DNA of 64,000 nucleotides from Podarcis melisellensis (taxonomy: Eukaryota): assembly GCA_964234715.1 (NCBI GenBank), contig OZ174284.1; one strand, 5' to 3'. Below, piece after piece: positions 1 through 12,919 of the stretch. A program made the position numbers and the translations under genes. The first letter of the stretch is position 1, and every line of letters starts with the position of its first letter. The notes below the pieces were generated by a model that did not search any database, was not told where the DNA came from, and worked only from the letters and a program-made list of their open reading frames with translations.

Positions 1-328
1 CACCTTGTTTAGAAGTCTGTAACATCCGCTGAATTTAAGATATACAGTATAACTGTTTCTTGATAAAATACTCTGTTTTACCACACTCTGTTTTACCAGT
101 TTCGTTCTAAAAAAAATTTTTTTTTTCTTGCTTAACTTCCCCAAGTCTCCAAGTGCCAGACTTTAAATAGCCATAAATTAGCCTGTAGTTAAGAGGGGGT
201 TCGCTGCAACCACTCTGGGGAAACAGCATGCTGGAATGGATGGACCAATTGCCTGATGCAGGAGAGCTTTTCTTCTGTTTTAGAAATCTTAAAATGAATC
301 TAATAGTGTAATGAACTTCTTTTTGTAG

Positions 329-432
329 GAAATCAAGCCCCAAGCACATTATACCCATGGATACAGTGAATCTCTTGGGCGCAAAAGTCACATTGATGAT
401 TATAGCACATGGGATATCGTCAAAGCTACACA
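329..432 (+). CDS. ZDHHC17: ZDHHC17 exon 2 (EIKPQAHYTHGYSESLGRKSHIDDYSTWDIVKATQ)
   Basis: ttttgtag acceptor and CA|gtaagt donor; 104 nt; the translation matches the HIP14 N-terminal region preceding the ankyrin repeats. Exon 1 is not in the window. Confidence 0.95.
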
Positions 433-1811
433 GTAAGTGGGTTTATTTGACAGCTTGTCTATTTTGGCACCATGTGGAAAACATGACATCCTCTGAAAAT
501 GTCTGCATAAAGATTTCGAGGAACGGAACAGCAATTTTGGACTGGTACTTCTTGAAAAGTCTGTGGAGGAAAGAAAGCGTATGCAAACGCACTTCAGTCT
601 TGTTTGTCTGTAGCTTCAGTTTAAGAATCCAATAATGTGAGTGTTAAAATAATTAGAATAAAAGCAACACAGAGTATATTTGCCCAGTTACATTTCACCA
701 GTCCTCTGTTCGCCCTCTTCCTGCCAGCTACTTAACACTGCAAAGACAGCAGCCATTACTACAATATATGCTTTTGCCCTGTTACTCTCCTAATGCTGCA
801 GCTGTTGCTACCAACTGTTAAAGTCAGAAAGTAGGAAGATGGGAGGGTGGGTGTCCAATCCTGGTATCCACTGAAATGTGGACATGTTTAAGGGGCTGTG
901 TTCAGTGTAGGAGAGACTAACCCAGCACAAGTGGAAACAAAAAGCAAACAGTCACTTGTGCATTGTGGAGTTTTGAGAGGACATTTACTGAGACCTTTTG
1001 CAGACATAGGAAGTATTGGCAGACACAGTGGTGCTTGTAGGTGATACATTGGTGACCCCTGCACTACACCATGGAAACAGTACACCTTGATTGATGTAGC
1101 TATTTGTCTGCCTTCTCTCATTTCTCAGATGTTATTATACTTAACTTGAACCATATCTCTTCATTCAAGGAGGTACCTATGCAGAGAGCCACCAACAGCA
1201 GTTTTAATAATGGAAGTGCCAAGAGAAGAGGAATTTGTATATAATCTCTTCTATATTTCCCCCCTCTTCACAGTCTAGTGTTAAGATTTACTTAATAGAA
1301 TCACGGTCATGCAGAGTATGCATTGTTCTTCCCATAGCTGTAATACTAGAATAAAGGTGTTTGTCTTACAAATGTGATAACTTAGAGAGCAAAATGAGAT
1401 AAAATTGAAGATGAATTATCTCCCTTCTGTTCCCAAGATCCAGTTTCAGGTTGTAAGTTAAACTGGATAACAGCTGGAAAAAGATTTCATGCAAATATAA
1501 ATGGTGATGATAGTGTTTCACCTTAGGATATTAGTAAAAGCTGTTTCATACTTAAGAGAAATGTAGAAGTGAGCACCATCTAATGTTTTGCCTAAAAATA
1601 GCAATGGTGTTTTAATATCTGAACACTAATTTTCTTCTCTGCTGTCCCTGAACAAGCTAAGATTGTGCATTTAGTTAATAATAAAGCCCAAAATCAATGG
1701 TTTATAGTAGATTGAAGGTTTATGTTACTTTTGCTTTAGTTATGCAAAGTAAACCTCAATTTTGCATTTGTATGTGTAAAAGTAAACCTGAAAACCATTT
1801 TGTCTAAACTG

Positions 1812-2045
1812 CAGTGGTACCTCGGGTTACAGACACTTCAGGTTACAGATGCTTCAGGTTACAGACTCCGCTAACCCAGAAGTAGTACCTCGGGTTAAGA
1901 ACTTTGCTTCAGGATGAGAACAGAAATCATGCAGCAGCAGCAGCGGGAGGCCCCATTAGCTAAAGTGGCGCTTCAGGTTAAGAACAGTTTCAGGTTAAGA
2001 GCAGACCTCCAGAACGAATTAAGTTCTTAACCCGAGGTACCACTG
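1812..2045. mobile_element. Tc1/mariner (Tigger/pogo-like) MITE
   Basis: Perfect 18-bp TIRs CAGTGGTACCTCGGGTTA...TAACCCGAGGTACCACTG; TA on the right flank and TG on the left; internal TTCAGGTTA repeats. Confidence 0.88.
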
Positions 2046-3059
2046 TAGTATGGAGTCTTACAAGACACTGTAATAAGTTAGAATAGTTAAAGTGTGGTAC
2101 AGTAAGCCTGCAACTTGCATGCATTTAACTTGTGCACATTCAACATTATCTGAGTGGCAAAAAAGAAGAAAAGAAAAAGGGTGGGGTTTGGGGGAAAATG
2201 ACTTTGGCAATCCCACCTGCCATTGAATCAAATGGGTTTTGACAATACACAATTTTGGCATAACTGCCACGTAACTTGCAGATCTACTGTATATTCAGCT
2301 GAAGAGCCTTTTTTCTTTTCATTCTATGGAGTACTGATGCTTTTGCTGTTGTGAACTCCTGTATTTGAGAATTACATGCACTGTACTTTAACATAGTTGC
2401 AGTGGAATACGTTTATGTGTTCAGATATTTATGTCTCTCTTTCTGTACATATACACATTTATAGAAAAACTTACTTGAAGAACAGAAATGTAGTTGAGGG
2501 TAATTAAGCATGGGTGATATCCAATGTTTGTCCTACTTGGAGTAGAACTATTGAAATCAATGGGCAGGTAAATTTTCACTTATTTCAGTAGGTTTACTCC
2601 AGGTAAATTAGATCTTAATTAGATCTTGCTCCATTTGCTTAAGTATTTAGAAACAGTAAAATGCAAGGCTTGCAACAGTATCATAAAGTATACATTCTTA
2701 CTGTGATTAATCTAATATGACCAACAAATTTGGCCTCACCTTGGTTTCAGTACTGAAAATGTATTCAGTTTTTATTGAAGTAATTGATTGTGAAGGGCAA
2801 GCACAACTTGACATCTGGGACCTTGGAAGTATGTGAAGGGTAGATTGTGAATAAACTACAGCTCGCATCAAGGAACATCTGAGGAAGGAAAATAAAGTAA
2901 CTGAGCTCCATGGGGACACACTGGTATCTTTTATAGATTGTGTCCTATGTTTTTAAAACCACAGACACAGTATATATAAAATAAGATATTAGGATTCAAA
3001 TCTGCTTTGTCTTTATTTGTCGAAAATATCTGATTATCATAATGGAATCTTTTGTCTAG

Positions 3060-3182
3060 GTATGGAATTTATGAACGTTGTCGAGAGTTGGTGGAAGCGG
3101 GCTACGATGTACGGCAACCAGATAAAGAAAATGTTACACTTCTTCACTGGGCTGCAATCAACAATAGATTAGATTTAGTGAA
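3060..3182 (+). CDS. ZDHHC17: ZDHHC17 exon 3 ([41 protein letters not shown]), ankyrin repeat
   Basis: tctag acceptor and AA|gtaagt donor; 123 nt; phase matches exon 2; ankyrin TLLHWAA motif. Confidence 0.97.
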
Positions 3183-3379
3183 GTAAGTAGTACTCTGCTA
3201 CCAAAATGAATTCATCATTAGAAGCATACATCAATAAAACTCTGCTATATTAGAATAAATGAGTGCATCAAAGCAAAGTAATTTAAATAGCTATTACTTT
3301 TTATACTGCGTGGTTTTGTGTCACTCCCCAAAGCTTCATTCTACCAACTTCTGCAGGTATAAGAGTTTGACCCTTCTTG

Positions 3380-3925
3380 GCCATATTGGTTCCTTCAAGG
3401 TTGCATTACTACAATGCACTTTTATGTGGGGCTTGCCTTGTGGCTGATCTGGAAACTGCAGTTAGTGCAGAACGCTGCATCGTGATTACTGATGGGAATG
3501 AGATTCTGTCAACATATTATACATGTGCTCAAAGATTTGCACTGGCTGCCAGTTTGTTTCTGGTCCAAATTCAAGGTTTTACTAATTGTAAAAGGTCATA
3601 AAGGTCATAACAACTTAGGGCCAGTTTACTTCAAGAATCACATTGCCTACACATGCCTAGTTGACTGCTTATATCTGCAGAACTTGCACTTTTACAAGTG
3701 CCACATAATATTTGTTCTGCATTTGCAAGGAGTCGCTGTTTTAGTGTAGCAGTACATGTCCTTTGCAACTCCTTGCCTATTGATTTTATCTGTGTGGTAA
3801 TGATAATTATTTCATGTATATTGTTTTTAAATAGTTTTGAAGGTGTTAGGTGTGTTTTAACCACAATTTTATGATGCATACTGCTCTGATTAATAGCTTA
3901 TAAATATTTCCAAATAAATAAATAT
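3380..3925 (+). mobile_element. Degenerate L2-clade LINE 3' fragment
   Basis: Broken frames read SRLHYYNAL...LQLVQNAA...VLKDLHWLPV...FKVLL; ends in (TAAA)n. Confidence 0.75.
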
Positions 3926-4973
3926 AGATGATACCAAAAATGAAGTCAACATTACTTATGGCTTTTGGTTGTCATTTTTTTAACAGTATATTTCAATTTT
4001 CCTGTGCAGTGATGTTCCATTACATGTGTTAACTGATCTGAAAAGGATCTGCTGTTAGGCAGGTCATCAGAGAATCACAGGAACACTGCTTAGTGCGGAG
4101 GGGAGGCGGACCATCAACAGACTTCTTATGCAGCCTCCTAATAGCTATGGATTTCACTAGAACTGTAGATATCAGTTTGCTCATATTGATGAGCTCTATA
4201 GAAATGCAACTTCTGAGATTTTATTCATAAGATTATATATATTCTATGAACAATAACAAAAAACCTCAAGAAAGCAGAATAGGGAGACCATTTTTTAAAA
4301 AATAAGATAAATGTAGAAAAACCAACACATGAAAAACATTGCTTTTAAGGCCCCGAAGAATAGAAAGGTGTTGTTTTGTCATTGAAGAGATAGATGCATA
4401 TGCATCAGGCAAGCATTCTTGGGGGAGAAATTCCATAAATGGTGTGTCACAACTGAAAATATCCTTTCTCCAGTCATCATCCACCTCATCAGTGAGGGGC
4501 ATCAAAAGAAAGCATTGCAGATGACCTCAGTGTACAAGGAGGTTGATGTTGGACACTGGCTTTACACTGCCCGTAAGACTTCTGAGGGTGCGCCTTGAGT
4601 TGTGATGTTTTAAATTGCAGTGTTTCCTCTCTACAGTGGATATGGACTTGTGTGTGGTGTGATTTTCTTTCCTCAGTCAAAAAGTAATGCTGATAGCATG
4701 GATACTCTCCCATGTCAAAACTTTTTTCATTAGTTAATTGCTGTATATTAAAATAAATGATAATTACAAATATGTTATTTAACCTCTAGTCACTAAAAGT
4801 ACCTGATTTCTCCTTAATCTTAAGCCACTGTTATAAAGGAGAAGATAATTACTGGGCGAGCTGTGAAATTATATTCATTTCCATAGTTGCTCTTAATGTG
4901 TTACACCTCTTTATAACCATGTCTTTAATTACTTTTTTGCATTACTACATTTGCACCTGTTTTATGATTGCAG

Positions 4974-5051
4974 GTACTACATATCAAAAGGTGCTATTGT
5001 TGACCAGCTAGGAGGGGACCTGAACTCCACACCACTTCACTGGGCAACAAG
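4974..5051 (+). CDS. ZDHHC17: ZDHHC17 exon 4 ([26 protein letters not shown])
   Basis: tgcag acceptor and AG|gtgggg donor; 78 nt; ankyrin TPLHWA motif. Confidence 0.96.
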
Positions 5052-5114
5052 GTGGGGAAGATTTCAGCGTTTTTCTCTTCAGTTTTGTCAGAGGAAATTT
5101 GATGATTATTAATC

Positions 5115-5615
5115 ACTGCATCTCAGAGAGGACATTGAAGAGCTGGAAAAGATGTAGCCAATGCAACCAAAATGATCAAGGGGCTGGAGAAATGTCCTCA
5201 TGTAGAAAGGTTACAAGTTTGGGGTTTCTTCGTTGGGGGGGAGAGATAAGGGGGGGCAGGCATGATAAATGCAAATAAAATTATGCAGGGTGTGAAGAAA
5301 ATAGATATGAAGATGTTTTTCCATTCTGTCATCATGCTAGAATCTGCATTATCCAGTGATGTTGAACGGTAGGTGAGTCAGGGCGGACAGAAAGAAGTAC
5401 TTCTTGACAGTGCATAGTGAAACTAAGACCTTTATTACCAAAAGATGCAGTAATGGCCACCAACTTGGATAGCTTTAAAAGGGGGTTAAGTGAATTAATG
5501 CAGGATAATGCTCTCAATTCCTAATATTAATGATGATTATATATTGCCTTCAGGATTGGAGGCAGCATGCTACTGATTATCAGTTGCTGGGGAACAACAG
5601 TGACAGAAAGGCACT
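5115..5615 (+). mobile_element. CR1 LINE 3' fragment
   Basis: Broken frames read DIEELEK...ATKMIKGLE...ERL...GMI...KIM, typical of the CR1 ORF2 C-terminus; boundaries approximate. Confidence 0.8.
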
Positions 5616-6034
5616 TTCACTCATGTCCTTCTCTTGATTTTATTTATAGATAGTCTGTTTATAGATAGTATGAATATATTTGTATACTGCTATTCAGAAC
5701 AAAATATTTAAAAATCTATCATAGACAATAAAAACCATGTAGAAGTTTTAAAAACAGATTGGTTAAGTTACAGAAAGATAGAACTTCCAGGTGCTTGGCT
5801 GTCCAAATCCTTAATGACTAAAAATACCCCAAATAAAATTCTTATCTTCTGTGTGGTTTTGACAACAGGACAAGTTGACTAAGTATATTTAAAGTAGCTT
5901 ATTCTTGAGCAGTTAAAAAATTGGGGTGGGAGGATGTTTTTGAACCCAAAAATCCACGCAGGATTGTGTGACTCGAATAAACAGCTGGCACACATGTGCT
6001 CCAAACACAGCTATTGCATTGTGTGGCTTATTCA

Positions 6035-6275
6035 GGTCACATCCTCGCCATACATTTAAAGCACTCTTATACCACTTTGGCAGTCATGGCTTGCCCTGCC
6101 ACAAAACTCCTGGGAGCAGTAGTTTGTTATGAGTGCTGAGAGTTGTTTGGAGGCACCTCCCAGAGCTACAATTCCCAGCATCCGCAACAAACTGCAGTTC
6201 TCAGGATTCTTAGAATGAAGTCATGACTGTTAAAGTGGTATAAAATTGCTTTAAATTTATGGTGTCGAAATGACC
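6035..6275. mobile_element. Palindromic MITE, possibly PIF/Harbinger-type
   Basis: Long imperfect inverted arms (ggtcac...ccatacatttaaagca...taccacttt / aaagtggta...tgctttaaatttatgg...tgacc); 3-bp flanks tca/tcg. A related, more decayed copy lies at about 55306-55490. Confidence 0.65.
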
Positions 6276-6597
6276 TCGCTCTTATGAGTTTGCACTATTT
6301 TTTTCCATTGCATCATCTTTCTACTTGTGGAACCCTGTTGTCTTCCTTAACTTAGGACAAAGTGTCTAGTGGATAGATGACCCTGCCAGATATCAGGGGA
6401 TCAGATACATAAATATGTGCATTTATTTGTACCAAAATAAAAATAAACCTGTGTTGCTTAACTAGGATTCAAAATACATTGCAAACCCTGTTTTTGAGTT
6501 CTTGATTTGTTGAACCTTAATGTTTGTCAATGTAAAGTTCTTAATGTGGTTTACTACAGTCTAAAGCTTTTTCAATCTTATATTCTTATTATTTCAG

Positions 6598-6742
6598 ACA
6601 GGGTCATTTATCAATGGTTGTACAGCTAATGAAATACGGTGCAGATCCATCATTAATTGATGGGGAAGGATGTAGTTGTATTCACTTGGCAGCTCAGTTT
6701 GGACATACCTCAATAGTTGCTTATTTAATAGCCAAGGGGCAG
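6598..6742 (+). CDS. ZDHHC17: ZDHHC17 exon 5 ([48 protein letters not shown])
   Basis: tttcag acceptor and CAG|gtatgt donor; 145 nt; ankyrin repeats. Confidence 0.97.
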
Positions 6743-7774
6743 GTATGTATGTACTTAACTTTCTGTAGTTTTTAGTGGTGGTAGAATCTAAAGACCCAGT
6801 CTTCCTGGGTTTTTAAAACACATCCTTATATATCACATAATGAAGTTGTTCTCCAGATTAATAAGCTACTATTAGAGCTGTAATTCTTTGCACTCTTACC
6901 TCACAGCAAATCTTGTTTAACTCAGTAAAAGTTGTTTCTGAATTAATAATGCTTAGGATTGCACCATCAATTTTGCATTGTTTGAATAAAAACCCTTGAT
7001 CAGTTGTACCATACCTAAGCAGTAGGACCTCCACATTTTACTCCACGTTTCTCTCTGAGCTCTTCTACAGTAGCACCTTGGCTTACATTACCCTCGGGTA
7101 ACGTAAACTTTGGGTTGTGAAAGCGGCAATGCGGAAGTGTTTCGCCACGCGCGCATGCTTAGAAGTGCTCTACAGCGCCATGCGCATGGGCAGAAGCAGT
7201 CCCTCTGGTTGCAGAAACCTCAGGATCTGACTGGAGCTCCAGAATGGATCATGTCCACATTATTACAGAATTTAATTAGGTGGAGATAATTTTTTTGACA
7301 TTGTTCACATCCAAAGATTCCTTTAGTCAAACTGCCAAAGTCTTGTACCTATAGAGTGGAATATTCTTGATTCTTAATTTTCTTACATTGCACAAAACTC
7401 TATGATGTATAACAAGGTTCCCTCCTCTTTGAAAGCTGTTTAAAACATGGCATAGAAGCCATCTGTTTAAGAAACAAAAGTGGGTCCACAGAACCAGTTG
7501 AACATTTCTTTGGATCCTGCCCAGTGTGATTATTTCATTCTTCCTACTTCATTGTTAATTCTGATTGGAAGATGTACATATTATTATTTGGGTAGTTCAT
7601 TTGCAAAAATGGCAGAGTTGTAACAGCAGATGGTGCTGTAGCATATATTATGATGTTTGATCTCTTATATTACATGCATACAATGTGGTTTATTATGCAT
7701 TTTGCAGTGTGTGAAAACCCCACTATTTAAAATATTTGCTTATTTACATCACTATACCATTTAACACCATTTAA

Positions 7775-7912
7775 CAGAGATGGGAAACATGTGGTCCTCC
7801 AGATCTTCCTGGACTACAGTTCACCTCATCTGGGGCCATTGGCTATGGTGACTGGGGCTTATGTAAGTTGGGAGTCCAACAACATCCAAAGGACCACAGG
7901 TTCCTACCCCTG
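7775..7912. mobile_element. Short palindromic hAT-type MITE (degenerate)
   Basis: CAG...CTG termini and a tgtggtcctccagat...gactaca / ...ggaccaca arm structure shared with the copies at 41268 and 42810. Confidence 0.7.
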
Positions 7913-8027
7913 GTTTATAATGATTTATTGACCCCTTCCAGACTAGACATCTGGAAGTTTGTCCTTGATATTTTTTCTTCAACTTCAATAAGTGTCCATG
8001 TCTGATTACTGTTGCTCTTTTCATCAG

Positions 8028-8092
8028 GATGTAGATATGATGGATCAAAATGGAATGACTCCTTTGATGTGGGCAGCTTATAGAACACACAG
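8028..8092 (+). CDS. ZDHHC17: ZDHHC17 exon 6 (DVDMMDQNGMTPLMWAAYRTHS)
   Basis: tcatcag acceptor and AG|gtaatt donor; 65 nt. Confidence 0.96.
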
Positions 8093-9557
8093 GTAATTTG
8101 CTCATTCAAAACTAAACCAATTTGAAGCTTTTTGTACTAATCAAATAGAATAATGAACAATACAAAATGTGTAATATATTTTTACCTTAGAGGTGATTAA
8201 TCTTTTTTTGTTATTTTAGTAAAGGGAGCTTTATTTCTAAGAATTCATGAGCAGGAAAACTGATTCAGCATTACAGTAATTGTCACATTGGGACCAACAT
8301 TCCTAGCATGTTATGTTGACATATGTTGAAAATATTTGTCTTTGTGGCATTTACACAAAGTGGATTTTTTACACACTTTCCTTCCAGTTATCATCTTCAG
8401 AGACAGACACAAGGTATTTTCTAGGTTCAGCGCACCTCCCTCATTTTCAAAATTTGATTCTGTCCCAATTTTAGGTTATTATGGAGAAGAAGAGTCAAAA
8501 TCTTCTGACTACATCCAACATTAAACATACTCACAATAAAGCCCTTTTGAAATGAGTGGACATAATCAGTTCTATTTTTCTAGAAAAAGAGGTACCGTAG
8601 CTCACCATGAACACCTCCCTTGTTCTCTTATGGCAATGGCACCCACCTGAAAGGTGCTGTAACTGTTCTGGTGAGCTCTGGCTGAAACAAATTCTTGAAC
8701 ATGACTAACCTAACGCTGCTAGTTTCAGTAGTCTACTCTGAGCATAAGCTGGCTATTTTTTGTGTGTTTTCTGAGTAGTCAAATATTCTTCAGATTGAAC
8801 TGTCACTAGTATTGTCTGTGTTAAGAAAAATAAAACTTTTGGAAAGGGGCTAAATAGTAATACTGTTTTCGAAAGAAGGAACATCACATTTTGAAGGCAG
8901 GTCCAATTGTATGTCTAAACCAGGTTGGGGGTTTTCATACTATGGTCTGTGGCTGTGAAGAACACACAATTTTAATTCTATGGAATTCAAATTGTAATAC
9001 AATGAAATAAAATACAATATAAGAAATAAAAGAAGTAATACAATACATTTAAGAATCATACGGCATCTAGCACATAGCAGTTTGGGGATCACTGAACTAT
9101 GTGTTCTCACTCCCTCCCTCTGTTAATATCCTAGATATAAGCTGAAATGTCATTTTTGTGATTTCATGTTGAAATTGACTCCTGGGCATCTGAGATAAGG
9201 AGGGGGAAGAATATTAATTTATGCAATGCAGATCAAATATCTAGTCTTGTCTTAAAATTGCTAATGATCTTTTTTTTTTTTACGACTTCTGGGAATTGGG
9301 GCTCTCTGTATAAAATGCTGCCTCAGAGAGTAAATATACCAACCCTAATCATTAACTCTTATTTTATAGAGTATTTTATAGAGTTCCATGGAAGAAAATC
9401 CCCTCCCCCTGCTCATTAGTGCTTTTAATACTGGAAAAAGAAATCTGATTAGTATTGATCAAATAAATTATCTCCAAGGGGATCTGATCCCTGGATTAAT
9501 ATGAAGATAATGATAAGTCCATGTTTTTATGGATTTATTTTTGCTTTTATTTTGCAG

Positions 9558-9720
9558 TGTGGACCCCACTCGGTTGCTACTTACTTTTAACGTTTCAGTG
9601 AATCTGGGAGACAAATATCATAAGAACACAGCACTACATTGGGCAGTGCTAGCAGGAAATACCACAGTGATTAGTCTTCTTCTAGAAGCTGGAGCAAATG
9701 TTGATGCCCAAAATATCAAG
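9558..9720 (+). CDS. ZDHHC17: ZDHHC17 exon 7 (VDPTRLLLTFNVSVNLGDKYHKNTALHWAVLAGNTTVISLLLEAGANVDAQNIK)
   Basis: tttgcag acceptor and AAG|gtaaat donor; 163 nt; contained in ORF 9529..9741. Confidence 0.97.
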
Positions 9721-11013
9721 GTAAATCTATGTTTGTTTTAACAGAAACCTGCACATTTGGTTGGTTGGTTCTGATCCATGTGAAAATCAGGTACTCCTGT
9801 TCATACAACTATGGGAGGTTCTCCCACTTGCATCCTGTACATCCATGAACCCTCTTTCCTCTTATTCTAAACCCATGCTCACTGCTATGCTTTTCTACCC
9901 TCGGTCCCTACCATTTCATGCACATCCTCCTGTCCCTCCCACCCACACTCATGGTTTTAGTACTCCACCTTTGTTCTTTGAGCTGCCATGACTTGGATTG
10001 GGCTAGTTTAACTTATCTCCTTGAGCCCTTTCCCACTTAGCTTTCTGCCACCCCAGTTGTATCCAGCATTGGTTATTCTCAGAATAAACCAAGTTAAATT
10101 AATGACTAACCTAAGTCCAGTTGGATACAACCCAGTGTTTATAACATTTTTTTCATACAAAGCAATTTTCACTTAAAATTTTCTACTGTCAATATGTTTT
10201 CGTTTACTTCTAGATCTCCCTAAATACAGCTCCTCTAGTCTGGAACATTTGTGTTTTCTCTTCAGTTAATGGCAAGCAGCAGTATGCCATGATACCTTTG
10301 TGCAGACATACCTTTTCATGTGAAGCAATGGGATACCAATAAAAAGAAACAACATATAAGAACATGTAACCACATACATAAATAAAGTACCATATTAATA
10401 CGTTATAGAGAAAACTCAGGAAGCTCTCTCCATCTTGGCAGATAAGAGTTGCAGGGGGAATATTTTATTTAGTCTTTGAAATGTTTGGGAGAGAGAATAA
10501 ACAAAAGTGGTCAGATACTTGAATTGAAAGCTCCTATTCATAATATTAGTAAAATGCTGCAGGCTAATACTTCTCAAAAATTTGAAGCCGGTATCTCTTG
10601 GAAGCCACCAGCAGGCCACTTACACTTGATTGCACCAGGAAGCTAAATAATCCCTCCCTTCCAGTGCAGTAGAAGAAATTATGTATCTTTGTGGCTTTTG
10701 TTGACTCTGTATTGGGGATTAAAAACTCTCTCTCTTTGTTTGCAAGTATTGTGCAAAATCGTAGGTATTCTGCCATATTTTGCCAGCCCATGCTCTTTTG
10801 TTCGTTTACCTGTTGTTTTTCTCTATTCCTTATCTTTAATAGACCCAGGGCAGAGTAAACATATGTCTGTGTTGTCTCTACACCCTAATTGTGCACGGTG
10901 GACAGTACACTTTGGTTCTGCTACACTGCCTGTTGGTAATGGGTTGATATAAAACATTGCCACCTATTAAGAGTACACAGCTATTGTAATCTAAATGCAT
11001 CTAGGACAGCAGG

Positions 11014-11770
11014 TAGGCTTGCCATATTTCAAAAAGTAAAATTCCTGACACTCCCAAAGGGGAAAAAAAACAGGGGGAAGGGTCATTGGCACGGACTCCC
11101 CCCCCAAAAAAAAACCCAACACCCCCCCCCCCAGTATCTCCAGGAGCTGATTCTTCTTCTAGCAGGGAAAGAATGGAAGATTCTTTGTTGAGAGTCCCCC
11201 CTCCCCCCACTTTGGGAGAGTGGGACTGAGGAGACAAGTTCCTTTGGACCTGCTCCTGAGCAAGTAGCCACAGGTCCCCTGTTCTCTTTTAGAAGGACTC
11301 CTCGCCTCCTGCTCTGCATCCTGAAAAGGGGAGTGGTTGTCTTCCTCGAGGCAGCAGCCATGGCAGCTTCGAGAAGGTAATGCAGTGGCTCTCGGGGAAG
11401 GAGGAAGTTGGGAGCAGGATAATTGAGTCATCTTTATTTCCCTTTCCCAATGGTTGGTGGATGCTCAGGGCTGCTCTTGCCCTCTTTCCACTGTCCTCCG
11501 CACTCCCCTCCTCCTCCTCAGTTGGGGCTGTTGCGTTTGGGGAGGCTGGGGGCACAAGCATCCTTTGGGTCTCCCACATAAGTGGGGACATTCCTTCCAC
11601 TACTCAGTGGGGGGTGCGTGGGTGACAGAGAACAGAAATAAAAAACCAGATTTCCACACATACGGGAAATTTCAGACATCTCTTAAAATTCAAAAAAATT
11701 CCCCAGGACTCCATTTTAGGCTTCCAATTTCCTGGTATGTCAGGGATTTTCCAGACATATAGCAGACCTA
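11014..11770. mobile_element. Non-autonomous hAT-like DNA transposon (about 757 bp)
   Basis: Imperfect TIRs TAGGCTTGCCATATTTC / reverse complement TAGGTCTGCTATATGTC; decayed 8-bp flanks acagcagg and cctgtagg. Confidence 0.6.
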
Positions 11771-12919
11771 CCTGTAGGGTACAGGCGAGTACTAGTTGCA
11801 ACCTGCAAAATTCAGACTCCTGGGGTGACCTGTTGCTGTAGTTTGTTTTGTGCTCCTTGTGCAAGTGCTCCTAGAACTCTTGCACAAAGACTCATCCCAT
11901 GTCACCTCAAATGGCTCAGGATGAGGGAAGGAGAAAGGAGGTTGGCCTTTTTTCTCTCTCCCCCTCTGGGCCGTATACCGAAGGCTGAGAAGAGAAGCAA
12001 AGAAGGCAATGGAGAAGGATTCATCATTGCCTTCCCCTGGCTGAGTTGCCTGCAGAGCTAGTTGCTGAAGTACTTTTTTAGGATGTTTAAAAAGTATACC
12101 AATCCTACTCTCAATAAAACACTGGTGTATATTAATGCAGGATTGGATTTATGCAATATGAAAAAGGTGACTCCTTGAACTGTTAGCTGTTGCAAACTAT
12201 GTGTTGTGAGCTGCTTTTGACTTCAAGAAGAGTAATTCAGTTGAAGTGACACAGTGACCATCTTTGATTGTATCTCAGGTCTGAATGAACTTTTTACTTC
12301 AAATCTCCCTTATGGTGTGAGCAAACAATTCAGGAAACCCCTAACCAACCATAGCTCCGCATTTTGTCCAGACTGGGAAAGTGTTGTCAGAATGTTACAC
12401 CAATTTGAGTGTGTGTTTCCAGAGTCTGACTGATTCAGAGCAGGGTCTGAGGCTGAACCCACTTCACTGTTAAAGGAAAAATTAAAAAATGATGGTACTT
12501 TTCTTTCCCCCCCTTTTGACAGAACTGGATGTAAAATTTGCAGGTGTTGTAGCCCATTCAGAGTGGATAAAGCCTGCAAATACAAGCAAATAGGTCCAGG
12601 AGATTTAGTGCTGCACTTCTTTAAATTATATTTATAGATAATCCTCAGTGTTATTTTTAAAGAGAATTGGATAAAATTTGTTCCTTACTGAGGGGATGAC
12701 TCTTCCTGCAAAGGGTAGCCTTTTGGGAAATGGCTAAAAGAAAAAGATTCCCTCTGTTTCCCCATGTGTTTTGTCAGCAGTTGTTATGAAAAGGAGAGGT
12801 ATGAGGCCCCCTAGGTTTAGAACCTGCCAAATTGTAGACAAGAAGGTTTTTGTACTAGCCGCCTTTAAATTTGATTTTTTGCGGGTGGGGTGGCTGAAGG
12901 GATTCAGTATTCTCCTAGT

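Noticed and set aside
70-98. 15-bp tandem duplication (ACTCTGTTTTACCAC), and similar small duplications at about 2606 and 7757
   Set aside because: Ordinary slippage duplications deep in introns, with no evident functional overlap.
1818-2035. Regularly spaced TTCAGGTTA direct repeats resembling a CRISPR-like array
   Set aside because: Sub-terminal repeats inside a TIR-bounded MITE in a vertebrate intron; spacers are irregular and there are no cas genes.
4459-6360. ATATCCTTT (4459) plus TTCCTTAAC (6343), suggesting a second U12 intron spanning exon 4
   Set aside because: Neither motif borders coding sequence, exons 3-5 splice correctly with GT-AG, and AT-rich 9-mers are expected by chance in 64 kb.
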